A DNA stretch of 64,000 bases from Paramoeba atlantica (GCA_977017575.1 CDRNVI010000087.1:310001-374000); one strand, 5' to 3'; positions 1 through 11,380 are shown, numbered from the stretch's first letter. A program made the numbers and translations. The notes: a model not told the origin generated them from the sequence alone.

Positions 1-692
1 TGTCCACGTCTGTGCAAGCCCCAAACAGACAAACCCGGGACAGGGTTTATGTTTAACAATATCTCTACACACATCTCTAAATTTTTATGTACAAAAACAT
101 GTAGAAAATGTTAGAAAATTGTTCAATAAAAAAAAGAGTTCTTTGGCCGGAAGTATAAAGGGAGGTACTGATTCTTCGTCTGTATAAAATTTTGTTTTGC
201 CATGCACTTGTAGTGCAGAGATAAGCCCCAGTGTCTTTACCCGCATACAACGGGTGGATCACGCGAGGGTTCGTCTTCGCCTGTGGTAAGTGGGTGCAGA
301 GAGATCGGTTGTCATGTGCGGGTGCAGAGAGCTGCGACAGAGCGGAGGTGCAGTGAGCCGGGAGGCTCGTGGGCGGAAGACACGTCTAGTGGTCCTCAAG
401 GGAGGCCACCGTGACGCATTACCTCCTCGGAAAGGCAGTCACGGGAGAAAGAGAAGCCGAGAGAGGGAAGCACACTCACTCCAGGGGAGTGAGTCGGGAA
501 GGGGTGAAGGGGTGGTAGCGCGTCCCCTGCTTCAACAATAGAGAGGGACAGTTTCGGCCTTAGTGCCGGCCGGCAACGGGCATAAAAATACAGTAAGAGT
601 ATGCCCGTTGCCGGGGAAAGAAAGGATGAACTAAGGAAAAAGTACGAACAAGGTACAGAAACGGAAGTATAAAGGGAGGGGAGACAGTACGT

Positions 693-1475
693 TTGAAATT
701 AGTATGCCTAGAACTTACGGTTTTGTTTTACACTATGTTTTATACCTTTCCAGCTGCGGATGTTCCGGAGTCGCGTGTCATAACTCGCGCAGCCAAAGTG
801 AGCGCGACGAATCTTCCGCCAGAATACGATCTTGTACGTCTAGTACGTAACATTAAGAATCCACATACCTCGTGGAGTACATCAACCCCGGCTTGCGAGT
901 GGGATGGCGTGTTTTGTAACAAAGAGGCTGAGATAACGTGGTTTGATTGGCGCTCAAGGAAACTAAGCGGTGGGCTAAGCTTTGGTTATCTACCGAAAAC
1001 ACTGCATACTTTGTACGCTTACGTAAACAAGCTTTCCGGTGAATTGCAATTTGATACGTTTCCTGTTACATGTATGATGCGTACGTTAAGTCTTCGGGAC
1101 AATGAGTTAAGTGGACCATTGGACTTAACAGCTCTTCCTCCAAAATTGAAGACGTTGATACTTTCTGGGAACCAATTTACGGGTGACGTTTGTTTGACGA
1201 AATTACCGTCAGAGCTCATAAATCTTTGTCTTGGTAGGAACAAGCTATCCGGAGAACTTTACCTTAGTGAACTACCGAAGGTCGTTATGCTCCGACTTGA
1301 AAACAATAATTTTTCCGGAAATATTGATCTAACAGGAGTTCCACCTTCATTGGGAGACCTTAATTTGTCCAAGAATGTGAATCTATTTGGCGAAATAGAA
1401 GAGTATCTTCTTTCCGAAAAACTGCGCAAAGGCCTGAAGATTGAAAACACGAACATTACGCTTTTGACCACCTAG
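693..1475 (+). CDS. Small LRR protein, copy 1 (subfamily A); likely start ATG 735
   Basis: RxxKVxxxxLPxEYxLxxL leader, SWxxxxxACEWDGVFC cap (LRRNT_2-like), 23-aa repeats LxxLxLxxNxLSGxLDLTxLPxx, C-cap IENTNI; no introns, no TM segment. Confidence 0.85.
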   Translation: MKLVCLELTVLFYTMFYTFPAADVPESRVITRAAKVSATNLPPEYDLVRLVRNIKNPHTSWSTSTPACEWDGVFCNKEAEITWFDWRSRKLSGGLSFGYLPKTLHTLYAYVNKLSGELQFDTFPVTCMMRTLSLRDNELSGPLDLTALPPKLKTLILSGNQFTGDVCLTKLPSELINLCLGRNKLSGELYLSELPKVVMLRLENNNFSGNIDLTGVPPSLGDLNLSKNVNLFGEIEEYLLSEKLRKGLKIENTNITLLTT

Positions 1476-1698
1476 TTTCTGTTTTAAAATCATGAAGTAG
1501 ACAGCTCTACAGAGAAGGACGTTATAGAGAGCGGTTGCTTCAGTAAAAAAAAGTTCCTAAACGTGTTATTTTTTTCGGGTTGAGCGTTATAATTTAGAAC
1601 GCTGAACCTGTCGTTTATAATAGAGGACATTCTGGCTTAATATTGCTACGTGTGTCGCGAGTCAAATATTGTGTCATTTTTAGACCACCTACTACTGT

Positions 1699-2553
1699 AT
1701 GTTAACACTTAGTATTCATCTGGCTGATACGCAGCCATTGCGGCTTAAACAACAGAGAAAGGAATCCAACACTGCATTGCCGTTAGGAGGAGATAACACA
1801 TTAGAAGATAAAATACCTGTTGTCCGCACGGGTAAGGTACGAGGATTGGAATTACCACAAGAATATGAACTGACACGACTTATTGCGAATATTGAGAATC
1901 CACGTTCCTCTTGGAATGTTTCAACCGCGGCGTGTGAGTGGAAGGGTGTGACTTGTGATGAACACTCACGCGTCACAAAGATTGATTGGAATCCCCTTAC
2001 GCTAGATTCTGATCTGGGATATAGAGGAGCACTTTTACTTGGACTTTTAGAGGGAACGCTTCAATGGGAATATTTGCCCCCTACTTTGCTTTATTGCAAT
2101 GTTATGAGTCATGGACTGTCAGGAACGGTACCGCTTGATTCACTGCCGCCGAAGCTGATATACTTTCTCATAACCCATAATGTGTTTAGCGGTGAATTGA
2201 ATTTGACACATTTGCCACAAACCTTAAAAAGGCTTTATCTCGACTATAACGAGTTCTTCGGACCTGTGGATTTGACTCATTTGCCACCGAATTTAGTTTT
2301 GTTTAGCGTCTCGAATAACCACCTTTCAGGGAGGATTGATCTATCTTGTTTGCCTGACTCTTTGATACAGTTGCACTTGGCGCACAACATGTTTAAAGGC
2401 TTCGTGACATTCGACAAAATTCCTTCAGGGCTAAAATACTTAGACCTTAAGAACAACGGAAAGCTTTGTGGTGAGGTTGATCAGTACTTTTTTAAGAGAC
2501 GAGGCCAAACGATAATTGTAGGGACCAATATTGAAACGAAGCAGTTTGACTGA
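1699..2553 (+). CDS. Small LRR protein, copy 2
   Basis: Same leader and cap (RTGKVRGLELPQEYELTRL, SWNVSTAACEWKGVTC), about 5 canonical 23-aa LRRs, loop insertion after the cap. Confidence 0.85.
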   Translation: MLTLSIHLADTQPLRLKQQRKESNTALPLGGDNTLEDKIPVVRTGKVRGLELPQEYELTRLIANIENPRSSWNVSTAACEWKGVTCDEHSRVTKIDWNPLTLDSDLGYRGALLLGLLEGTLQWEYLPPTLLYCNVMSHGLSGTVPLDSLPPKLIYFLITHNVFSGELNLTHLPQTLKRLYLDYNEFFGPVDLTHLPPNLVLFSVSNNHLSGRIDLSCLPDSLIQLHLAHNMFKGFVTFDKIPSGLKYLDLKNNGKLCGEVDQYFFKRRGQTIIVGTNIETKQFD

Positions 2554-2573
2554 CAGGAAAAGAGTTTGATGTA

Positions 2574-2700
2574 AACCGTGTTACGGGTTATTGTGCCCCC
2601 CCCCCCGGCACAATAACTGGCTGTAGGCACAATACGTGGCAATAGGCACAATAACTAAATATTGGAAAAAACAAAAAATTTGGCGCCGCTTTTTTTTAGA
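2574..2700. mobile_element. Left-end fragment of AACC-terminus MITE
   Basis: TA-aaccgtgttacgggttattgtgcc and following sequence match the left end of the MITE at 53536. Confidence 0.6.
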
Positions 2701-3641
2701 GAGGCGCATCTCGTACAAAAATTGATGAAAAGGTTTCAGGGCTCCAAAAAGTGCGTGTCTGGTGAAAAATCGCTTTTCCGCCTTTCTTTCCAGAATACTT
2801 CCCTCGCGCTTTATGCCGTTTTCTTCACGAGAGCGTTAGCTCCCTCTACCGTGTTTGTGTGACCCCCCCACGAGATCACCCATTCCCCGCGGTGAACCAC
2901 ACTTTCCCACTTGTACGGCCAGTCGTGCTGTACGCTGTGCCGAACTGAATCTGTCCAGATCATTTAGTCCGTGGACCTCACGCTAAGCTTGTTATTCCTG
3001 GCAGTAAGGAATCCGCACTTCGATCCGAGACAATTTGCATAAAAAATGTTTTGCAACGTTTTCCCTCATCGTTTGTGCAATGGTTTGAGCCCCTTGAGTT
3101 GATTCAAATCTTTTCGACGGATGTGAGCGGCGCTTATGATCGAATCCAACTTTTGCTCCATGGTGACAATCGTTGGATGACGGAGGTTGGTCTCGGCCTC
3201 GGAAACCGAGAAAGATTCGCCACGAAAGTAAAGCAGGATGAACTGAAGCGTTTCTCTAGCGCTTTTTTTAGCCTTCCCAGTTAAAAAAGGACCCAAGAGC
3301 GACCGTAGCTGCGATTGTATTTCTTGGCGCAGTGCCACACACCATCAGGGCGTGTTTTTTCCACAGATCAGCAACAACAGAAGGTTGTTGCGAGGAGGGT
3401 TATACAAAAAAATACAGGGTATGTGAAAAAAGGATAATGTTGTGACTCACAACTTGTGAGGTCCTCCTCGCAACAATCCCGTAGCTTCGAAGTCACACTG
3501 CACGCACGGTGCTTCCCTCCAGCGGGATGGGATCCTACATACACTGTATGAGGCTAAGGATGAATTTTCTTCAACAAGCGAACCCCCGACACCCCTGGCC
3601 TTAAGTCAGGGCCTTAGGTCACTTACCGTACATGTAGAAGA

Positions 3642-4002
3642 ATGCGTAGTGATTTTCACAGCATTGTTGACGAATTCATTGAAGAATTCGTACGGCGTGA
3701 AAATTTTGGGGAACACGGAGAACCTTGGCTTGATGAATCGGCAGATTTGCACCCTGTCGAGCTAAGACGTTTGCCAACATTTTCGGTTCCGTCCATTATT
3801 GACCAAAAATTTTCTATGCGGTGTAGATGGGGGGATCGTGCTGGCCATAGGAGCCAAGCATAACCCTTTTCTTGGGCAGCGGCACGGGCCTTATTATGTG
3901 CCGGGCAATTGTCCATCACTATTGTGGTCCGATGTATCCTTAAGTATGGGAACAAGCCCCCCCTTTTTACCATGGCTTCATAAAAATTTTGTCCCTTTAT
4001 AG
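3642..4002 (-). pseudogene. Tc1/IS630-like transposase fragment (DD32E family)
   Basis: MDNCPAH...WPARSPHLHRIENFW; close nucleotide paralogue of 5190-5430. Confidence 0.8.
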
Positions 4003-4323
4003 TGACTTTGTTTCCTTGAGAATCGTAGTAGGAAAAACGTGTAAATGAAACCCATGCTTTAAGCTCACCCCCATCGAAAGCACAATACTTTCTCCACCAT
4101 GATAGGGTTCTAATTCCACTGTTCTTGGGGAGTCAGATTTTCGGCAACGGTACGTGGGTCGGGTGGATTTTTTTCACGTAATTTTTCTTTCATCGCTGAA
4201 AATAATATTTTCCTGCGTAGCGTCGCTCCACTGTAGCATTTCAATGGCAAATTGAACTCTCCGCTCCTTATGTTTATTATAAAATTTTATAAGAAAAGGT
4301 TTTTTAAAACAGAACTGTTTCTA

Positions 4324-4794
4324 GGGACCATTCCTTTCGAGCACAAATGTGAGGACATGCAGGGCAAAGCCAAGAACGCCCTCCAAGGCCTCACACAGGG
4401 TACGCCAGCCAAGGAGCTGAGACGCAGCTTCTGTGAGGCAGCCATCCAGACGGCCCCCTCGGCCACGCATTTGGTCTGTATGAGACAGATTCAAAACATC
4501 CACTCCACCAAGTGGATGAACGCGTGGCCGAACAGGCCGGAGTACTACATGCGGGACCCCGAATGGGAGACCGCCGCTGTGGTGGGAGAACCAGAAATCC
4601 GATATGTGTGCGGCGCAGCCCTCAAAAACGAGGATTTCTGCGTCCACGCCATGGATTGCAAAAAGGTTCGTGGCAAGACACAAGCCTCTCGCCACAAGGG
4701 GGTTAAGGAAACGTTCCGGAACCTACTGACCCAGTACGGGTTCTCCCCGGACCTAGTCGAACTGAGGTTCGACAACGGTCGAGGCCCTGACATA
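4324..4794 (+). mobile_element. CRE-type non-LTR retrotransposon C-terminal remnant, part 1
   Basis: WMNAWP...CGAAL...HAMDC...RHKGVKETF zinc knuckle followed by GPD, the start of a restriction-like endonuclease; cut at a TA by a Tc1 end. Confidence 0.7.
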
Positions 4795-5540
4795 CAGGGG
4801 TGTCAACTTCCATCTGGGGGGGGTCTAAATTTTGTAAAAATTGTCCAATTTTGGAAAATAGTAGCGCATTCGAGAGCTCTCGCAGAGTTGTATGTCTTTG
4901 CGCTAGTAATTTTAAAAAAATAAACTAAAAACCTACAAAAGCCAAGGACCCAAAAAATGGGAATTGTCAATTTCTGAAACCTGATAAACAAACGAAATAT
5001 GTGATTATTTTTATTAATTATTTTTATATCAAAAGGATTTAGTATCCGCAATGGGCGCCTTCCTTTTCTACAACGATTCTGCAACGTTTCTTAAAGCTTT
5101 TCAATGTATTCTCAAACTTAGTTTTGTATTCTGTCTGAAGTTTTTCATAGGAAGCATGAATAGAAGAAAGTAATTGCTGTCGATTTTTAGGCTGAATCTG
5201 GTCCTTTATTCCGTCCATTATTGACCAAATGTTTTCGATCGGGTTTAGATCAGGGGATCGTGCTGGCCATCGTAGCCAAGAATAACCCCTTTCTTGAGCA
5301 ACGGCACGGGCTTTATTGTGTGCCGGGCAATTGTCCATTACTATGGTAGCCCGGTGTCTCCTCAAATATTGGAACAAGCCCCCCCTTTTTATCATGGCTT
5401 CATAAAAATTTTGTCCCTTTACCGTGACTTTATTTCCTAGCGAGTAGATAGACCTTGTACGGCCCTGCTTTTGCGACTTGGGAAAACGACATGGTCTGAC
5501 CACAGATACTCCACCCGGAGTACACACAACAAACATGCTT
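4795..5540 (-). mobile_element. Truncated Tc1/IS630-like element with DD32E transposase C-terminus (5039-5536)
   Basis: TA-CAGGGGTG TIR containing cgcattcgagagctctcgcag; MDNCPAH...SPDLNPIENIW; second TIR not found. Confidence 0.8.
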
Positions 5541-6074
5541 TACGCGATCGACGTCAAGACCCCGTTCGTTTATTTTGACCACGAGTGCAGGGGAGAAAGT
5601 TTCCTTGTCTTGTGTTGCGTGGTATAGTAGACAAAGAGTTTTCCCCACTGAGACACATTTCTGGAAACAGTGCTGACAAATTTCAGTAAAAACAATGTTT
5701 TCCATGTCAGTGAAACCACAATCCAGACAAGCCGGCGGCACAGGAGAACTGAACATAGTATCTCGATCGCATCTAGAACAGTAGCGCTTTGCTGCTTGCA
5801 TTATATGTTCCAAAAGCAAAGAAATGTGATGTACAGAATTTTGGATGTATAGAAGTTTGTGATGTATAGATTTTTTGACTGAAAAATGGACGTAGTCTTA
5901 AGAATGATAGATGCATATTAGTGTAAAAAGACCCATTTCCTGGCAGTACCTGACAGTCGATGGCAGTATCTGGCAGTACCTGGACGTAATTTTTGACCGC
6001 AAAAAAGGCCGTTTACAGACTCCAATGCATCATTGCTCTCGATAGACATGAAATTTTAGGAAAGCCCTGACATA

Positions 6075-6819
6075 CAGGGGTGCAAATCAGATGCTGGGGG
6101 TGTCTAAAATTTGCAAGTTTTGCACAATTTTGGAAAATAATAGCGCATTCGGGAGCTCTCGCAGATATTTATGTTTTTGAATAGTCAGCTTCCCAGGGTG
6201 TAAGGGGGTGGTCAACTGAGGAGAAGCCCAAAAACGTCAAAATTCAAAAAATGAAAGAAATTTTTTGTACCTTTAATAATTAAAACTTCCCCTTTTTTCT
6301 ACTACTATGTCCAAACGCCGGGGCATACTGTTTAAAGTGTTGATGAGCATGTCATGACCATCTCTTTTAGTGTAATCAACCAACTTTTCGATAGAAGACA
6401 AAAGTTCAGTCCTATTTTCTGGGTTTGTACCATCTTTAATAAAGGTATGCCTTGTCTTTGGCACTGTAGGAGTTTTTATTCTCGTAATCTTGACGAGAAG
6501 CATCCTGTGTGAATATTTCGTATGCCCCGGGGGTTCATATGATCTATCAGACATGCTTTTACTGTTTTTCTTAGAGCGGAATCGCTTTTGCGGCATAATA
6601 GTGAGCAGAAAAACAAAAAAAAAACACGGAAAAAACTGCAAATTTTAAGAGGGTAAAAAACCTTTAAAAAAATTCTCTTTTTCAAATTTGTTTTCTTTTA
6701 ACGTGATAATAGCGCCAAAACATAGATCTCTGCGAGAGCTCTCGAATGCGCTATTAATTTCCAAAATTGAGCAAACATTACAAATTTTAGACCCCCCCAG
6801 CATTTGATTTGCACCCCTG
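6075..6819 (-). mobile_element. Internally deleted non-autonomous Tc1 element
   Basis: TA TSDs at 6073-74 and 6820-21; ~90-bp imperfect TIRs CAGGGGTGCAAATCA; ORF 6273-6641 joins an MPQKR N-terminus to a PxNRxEL...NTL C-terminus like the 11859 transposase. Confidence 0.85.
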
Positions 6820-7192
6820 TATGCTTCCAACAGGCCGAAAGCTCGCCCTAGTGGATGTCACCGTGGTTAACCCACTGGCCCCGTCCTACGTAGATAAGGA
6901 GGCCGCCCATCCATCTCATATACTGAGGATGGCGGAAGGCAACAAGCGCCGCGCCCATGACGAGATGGCGGCCGCCAGAGGGATGGATTTTTTCCCCCTG
7001 GCCTTCACCACCTATGGGGTACCTGGCCCAGAGACCCTCAATTTTCTCAATAGGGTGGCCAGAGCACACACATCCGACAGGGCGGGATGTCTCTCTCACC
7101 TTCTGATGGCTATGGGAGTAGCCATTCAGAAGGGCAATGCCCAGGTAGTGCAAGCGGCGGTACAGGATTGGTACCGTCGCGGGGTGCGCTAA
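6820..7192 (+). mobile_element. CRE-type non-LTR retrotransposon remnant, part 2 (RLE domain end)
   Basis: VDVTVVNPLAPSY...AEGNK...FFPLAFTTYG...VAIQKGNA motifs typical of CRE-clade endonuclease C-termini. Confidence 0.75.
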
Positions 7193-7878
7193 CTGGGGTT
7201 GGATCGGGGGGGGGTGAAAGTTATTCTTTTTGATCGTTGAGAAGTATAAATTATACTTTCCCACGAATTGTTTTTTCAAATCTTGTGTTTTTCAAAATCG
7301 AGAATAACTATTAGGCTCTTCGTTAAACGCGGTGGTTGTTTTCAACTTAGAAGTCACTCATGCTGCGCGCTTCGCGTTGAAAACTACCACCGCGTTTAAC
7401 GAAGAGCCTAAAAAAGAAAATTTGGCTTCGAAAACGGAAGAAACCGGAAGGACTTGAGCCAAAAATAGCCGGTTTTTAGGTAAAAATAGGGTCATTTTTG
7501 CGTATTTTGGCTCTCAGAGCACTAAAACCGACATTTAAGTGTGGGAAATCACTCGTAGGCATGAATTAAAGCCTACAGAACATAATGGGCAGAGAATGCG
7601 ACTCCAACCACACCATTCTTCCGACTCAAAAAGACCCCCTTGGGTCCGAAAATTACTTTTTCCCATTTTTTAGCCAAAAAAGGGTCATTTTGGGAGGCGT
7701 ACCACGGCTCCAAGAAGGGGTATCTTGTGCAAACAACGGCGCAGAAAGCTAGTATAGGTCCCAAACTATCACAATACAATAGGGGAAAGAATTTTGAAAA
7801 AATATATTTTTTGCCATCTTTTTCGCCAAGTTGATTTTTTTTTCAAAAAAAAATTCCGAAAAATTCCGAACTTGGCGA

Positions 7879-8291
7879 CATAGCTGTAAAATTATTAATA
7901 ATTTTTCGTTCAATAATAATAATTATTAAAAATTATTAATAATTATTAATAATTATTTATAAGGTCTTAGTAGGCAGATAGGACATAAAAATACGAACGT
8001 CAGAATATTTTAGATTAGTATTCTGGGTAACATATTTCAGCTTCACACTGCACCCCTGAGAGTAACTATTAGACAGAGACCTACATACTACTTCCAGAAT
8101 TTTTTAATGTCTCCTACACGGAGTACATGCGACGTGCTTCCACTTTTTTGATCTTGTTTGATCTCACCGATGGTCCTAACGCGGACCAAAAACTTAAAGT
8201 GCAAAATTATTAATAATTATTAATAATTGGCCCTTTGTTTTAAAAATAATTATTAATAATTATTATTAAAAAAAATATTAATACAGCTATG
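7879..8291. mobile_element. MITE with CATAGCTGTA TIRs and 8-bp TSD (hAT- or P-like), nested in family R
   Basis: TIR catagctgta/tacagctatg; flanks cttggcga (7871-78) and cttggcgg (8292-99); AATAATTATT subterminal arrays; empty site visible in the copy near 51730. Confidence 0.8.
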
Positions 8292-8430
8292 CTTGGCGGA
8301 CCCGTCCTGCGGATACGCGGGGGGGTCACCCCCGGGTAGGGGGGTGGGAAATGTGCGCCGAGACCCCGGCTACCCCTTCTGCGCTTTTTTTTCGAAAAAT
8401 AATTTTTTCAAAAAAATTTCGTGCGGTATG

Positions 8431-8547
8431 CCCCCCCCCTAGACCCCCCCCTAGACCCCCCCTAGACCCCCCCCTAGACCCCCCCCTAGACCCCCCCCTA
8501 GACCCCCCCCTAGACCCCCCCCCCTAGACCCCCCCCATGGACCCCCC
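8431..8547. repeat. C7-10-TAGA tandem array (G-quadruplex-prone on the minus strand)
   Basis: 8 TAGA-separated C-runs plus one ATGGA variant. Confidence 0.95.
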
Positions 8548-9150
8548 ATTTTTTTGAATTTTTTTTTTCAGTTTTGGACCACCGGAGCCCCCTTTTATTT
8601 TTTTTTCCTTTATTATATTACTGTGTTCCTCTTTATATTTTCACTGTTTTTGTTCACTTTTTTTGCAATAATCGAGGGTAGAGCGGTAGTTATACAACCA
8701 CCGCAATAATCGAGTGTAGAGCGGTAGTTATACCCCCCCTGCTCCCCCCCCCCCCCCTGGACCCCCATTTTTTGAATTTTCTTTTTCAGTTTTGGACCAC
8801 CGGAGCCCCCTTTTATATTATTTTCTTCTATTATATTACTGTGTTCCTCTTTATATTTTCACTGTTTTTGTTCACTTTTTTTTCAATAATCGAGTGTGGA
8901 GCGGTAGTTATACAATCACCGCAATATGTTATATGAGGGGCTGCGGGTTAGATTTGTGAAACAGCGCGAAACACCGCGCAACAGCGGTTTGTTTTTTGGT
9001 CTATTAAGCCGGTTGAAGGTCTAAAATTCAATATTCAGGTTCATTTTTGAATTTGATAATGCAGTTTGTACGCATATACATGAGGGGCTGCGAATGTCGT
9101 AAAGCGCTGTTTCACGGTGTTTCAACACTGTGCGAGGCACAAAGGAAGTA

Positions 9151-10629
9151 CTGTACCCCCCCTACTTAATTGTCACCCCTCTACCCCCCCTATTTAATTG
9201 TCCTTTTTGACAGAGCCATGGGCACGAGGCGCCGCGAAGCGGCGCCGGTTTTTTTTTCATTTTTTCATTTTCTAGTGTAATGTGATATGTCTAGTGTAAT
9301 GTGTATGTCCTACGAGCACCTTATTACATCTTGTTACACAATATTTGACTCATTTTTTACTCTTTTCCACTGATGGTTCTCCGAGGTAGGAGCCGATTGC
9401 GGGCTGGTATGATGACTAACCCGCCCAGCCAATCCCTTTCATCTCTTCCCCTACCGGAAAATGGTAACCCTTCCGTTGACTTCCATTCATATTTCTCTCT
9501 TCCGGAAAACGCAACGCTCCCGATGATTACCCTTCATCTCTCCCCCTTCTTGGAAATGGTAACCTTCCATCTGAGCCCCATTCATCAGACACGGGAACGA
9601 CCTCGAATGAACAACGTGTTACTGGTCCTCTGGGGCGTTGGGTGACGATACGGCCTCCTGTCCCTCGGGTAGGGCCTCTAGAAAATCCTCTAGTGGGGCC
9701 CATCGTGAACACTATTTTCCCCATTGCTTCTCACACCAATAAACGATGCCATACGCAATTAACAGGTCAACAAATAAAATAATGGTGGCCAAGACAAAAA
9801 GCGAGAGAGGGGTTTTAACAGTGAGAGGCAACTCTGCATGCAAAAAGTTGACGAGAAACTTTTTGAGCATGTAGAAAATCACAAGGTCATTACAAAGGAA
9901 ATGGTTCTACAGCTGATGGAACAACACGGGGCATTTAATGATAATTTGTCCGAAAAAGGAAAGGAACGAATTTACAAGAAATTTAAATCTTTCTTTGGCT
10001 GGTCCTGGCGAACTCTTGGTAAGACCAGGTGTTTTACCCCATCAGACATAGAACAACGGATTCGAAATTGGTCACGGGGCCTTTACGTCCAGAATTCGGT
10101 TCGAAATTATGCCTATGTGCTGTTTGGGGATGAAACTTCATTGATCGTAGATAATGAGTCTCACTCTAAATCACTGGCTCCCAAGGGGCTGAGCAATATG
10201 AAAATTGCGGAGACTAATCCAAACCCGTAGAGATCTTTGTGAGGATTGGACACCTATTGCTCCTCTCAAATAACACTTTAACAACGTTACGAAACTAGTC
10301 TACATTTTTAATACGATACCTGTAGGTGTTAAAAATACATACATCATGTGCGTCTGTCGAAACGGGGGAAAACAATACCCCACAAACGATAACGATACTG
10401 TTTCTGTAATCACAAGCTTACGTTTGCATGTTAGTGTCTCCGTTAGACCTACGCTTACACAAGAACAAAGATAGCAGATAGTAAAGTTTAGATAGTTTAG
10501 AAGAGAGCAAAACGTGCGCCGCGAAGCGGCGCAACTTTTTTTCCCCTACTTTCTTCAAATTTTGCACCCCCCCTATTTAATTGTCCTTTTTCCCGAAAAG
10601 CGATGACAATTAAGTAGGGGGGGGTACAG
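9151..10629 (+). mobile_element. Non-autonomous pogo-like element with transposase fragment 9838-10230
   Basis: TA TSDs; 25-bp TIR CTGTACCCCCCCTACTTAATTGTCA; ORF with a helical N-terminal region and FGDETSL (first catalytic D). Confidence 0.75.
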
Positions 10630-10825
10630 TAAGGCGTTATTTTCATGTAAGAACGATAATTGAAGTTCTTATTTTGTGGACGGGGGTATTATAAACATAA
10701 TATTGGATAAATACGTACATTTTAAATAATCCTAGCCGTAAATTTCAAGGCAAAAATTATCGCACTATGACTGATCTGCCGTCTCCGCTTTCGTAGCTGA
10801 GTGTAAGGTCGGGGACATAATAGCG

Positions 10826-11380
10826 GTGGCCTGGTCCTCTGATAAGGTTCCCCGGGGAGAATTGTGGAAAGGGACAGTGAAAACGATCGGAGACGAGACT
10901 ACGATGACCGTAGACTACGGAAAATTCGGAGATCTCATTTTCCCCCCTACCAACGCAAGTGTACACGCTGTTGACAAGCTTCCCGGAGATTCGTACTCCG
11001 CTGCGATGGAGAGAGTGGAAGGGCGCGAGACGGGCACATTTGAACCGCTGGAACTGATGACCCATGGGATGTTCTTTGATTGCCCACCCGATCCACGTGA
11101 TCGAAGTTTCGTGGAGCTAGATTTGCATCTACGCCGCTATTTTGGTATCGGTGCGGCGGAACGGAATGCCCCTCGTTTCCATCAAGACAAACATAGAAAA
11201 AATGATCTCCTAGTGGCTTTCCTCGCGCGGTCGCGAAATTCTATGAAAATGGGGATGATGTGGAAGTCGGATTCGAATCTCGCTGTTGGGGATAATATCC
11301 TGGCAGTTCTCATGGCCTACAAGATACGTGCTCAACGAGGAGATTGCATGGATGCACACACCCGACTTATCCTCCAATGA
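10826..11380 (+). CDS. Hypothetical protein with SH3/Tudor-like N-terminus (possible retroelement gag-like remnant)
   Basis: Upstream in-frame KVGDIIAVAW...LWKGTV...TVDYG; no in-frame ATG, stop at 10772. Confidence 0.3.
   Translation: MAWSSDKVPRGELWKGTVKTIGDETTMTVDYGKFGDLIFPPTNASVHAVDKLPGDSYSAAMERVEGRETGTFEPLELMTHGMFFDCPPDPRDRSFVELDLHLRRYFGIGAAERNAPRFHQDKHRKNDLLVAFLARSRNSMKMGMMWKSDSNLAVGDNILAVLMAYKIRAQRGDCMDAHTRLILQ

Larger units (their letters stand above)
7312..8926 (+). repeat. Dispersed repeat family R, copy 1 (Helentron/HINE-like architecture)
   Basis: 5' hairpin with 35-bp arms (7312-7410), central C-rich VNTR, 3' hairpin gcggtagttatacaaccaccgc; internal duplication of the 3' ~170 bp; homologous to 48075-48410, 49345-52050, 54263-55020. 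Confidence 0.75.

Noticed and set aside
3385-3476. 14-bp inverted repeat ttgttgcgaggagg/cctcctcgcaacaa
   Set aside because: Single short occurrence, no TSD or second copy; probably a MITE relic
8431-8547. Telomeric repeat
   Set aside because: Unit length is irregular, the spacer differs between copies, and arrays sit at a fixed internal position in a dispersed repeat
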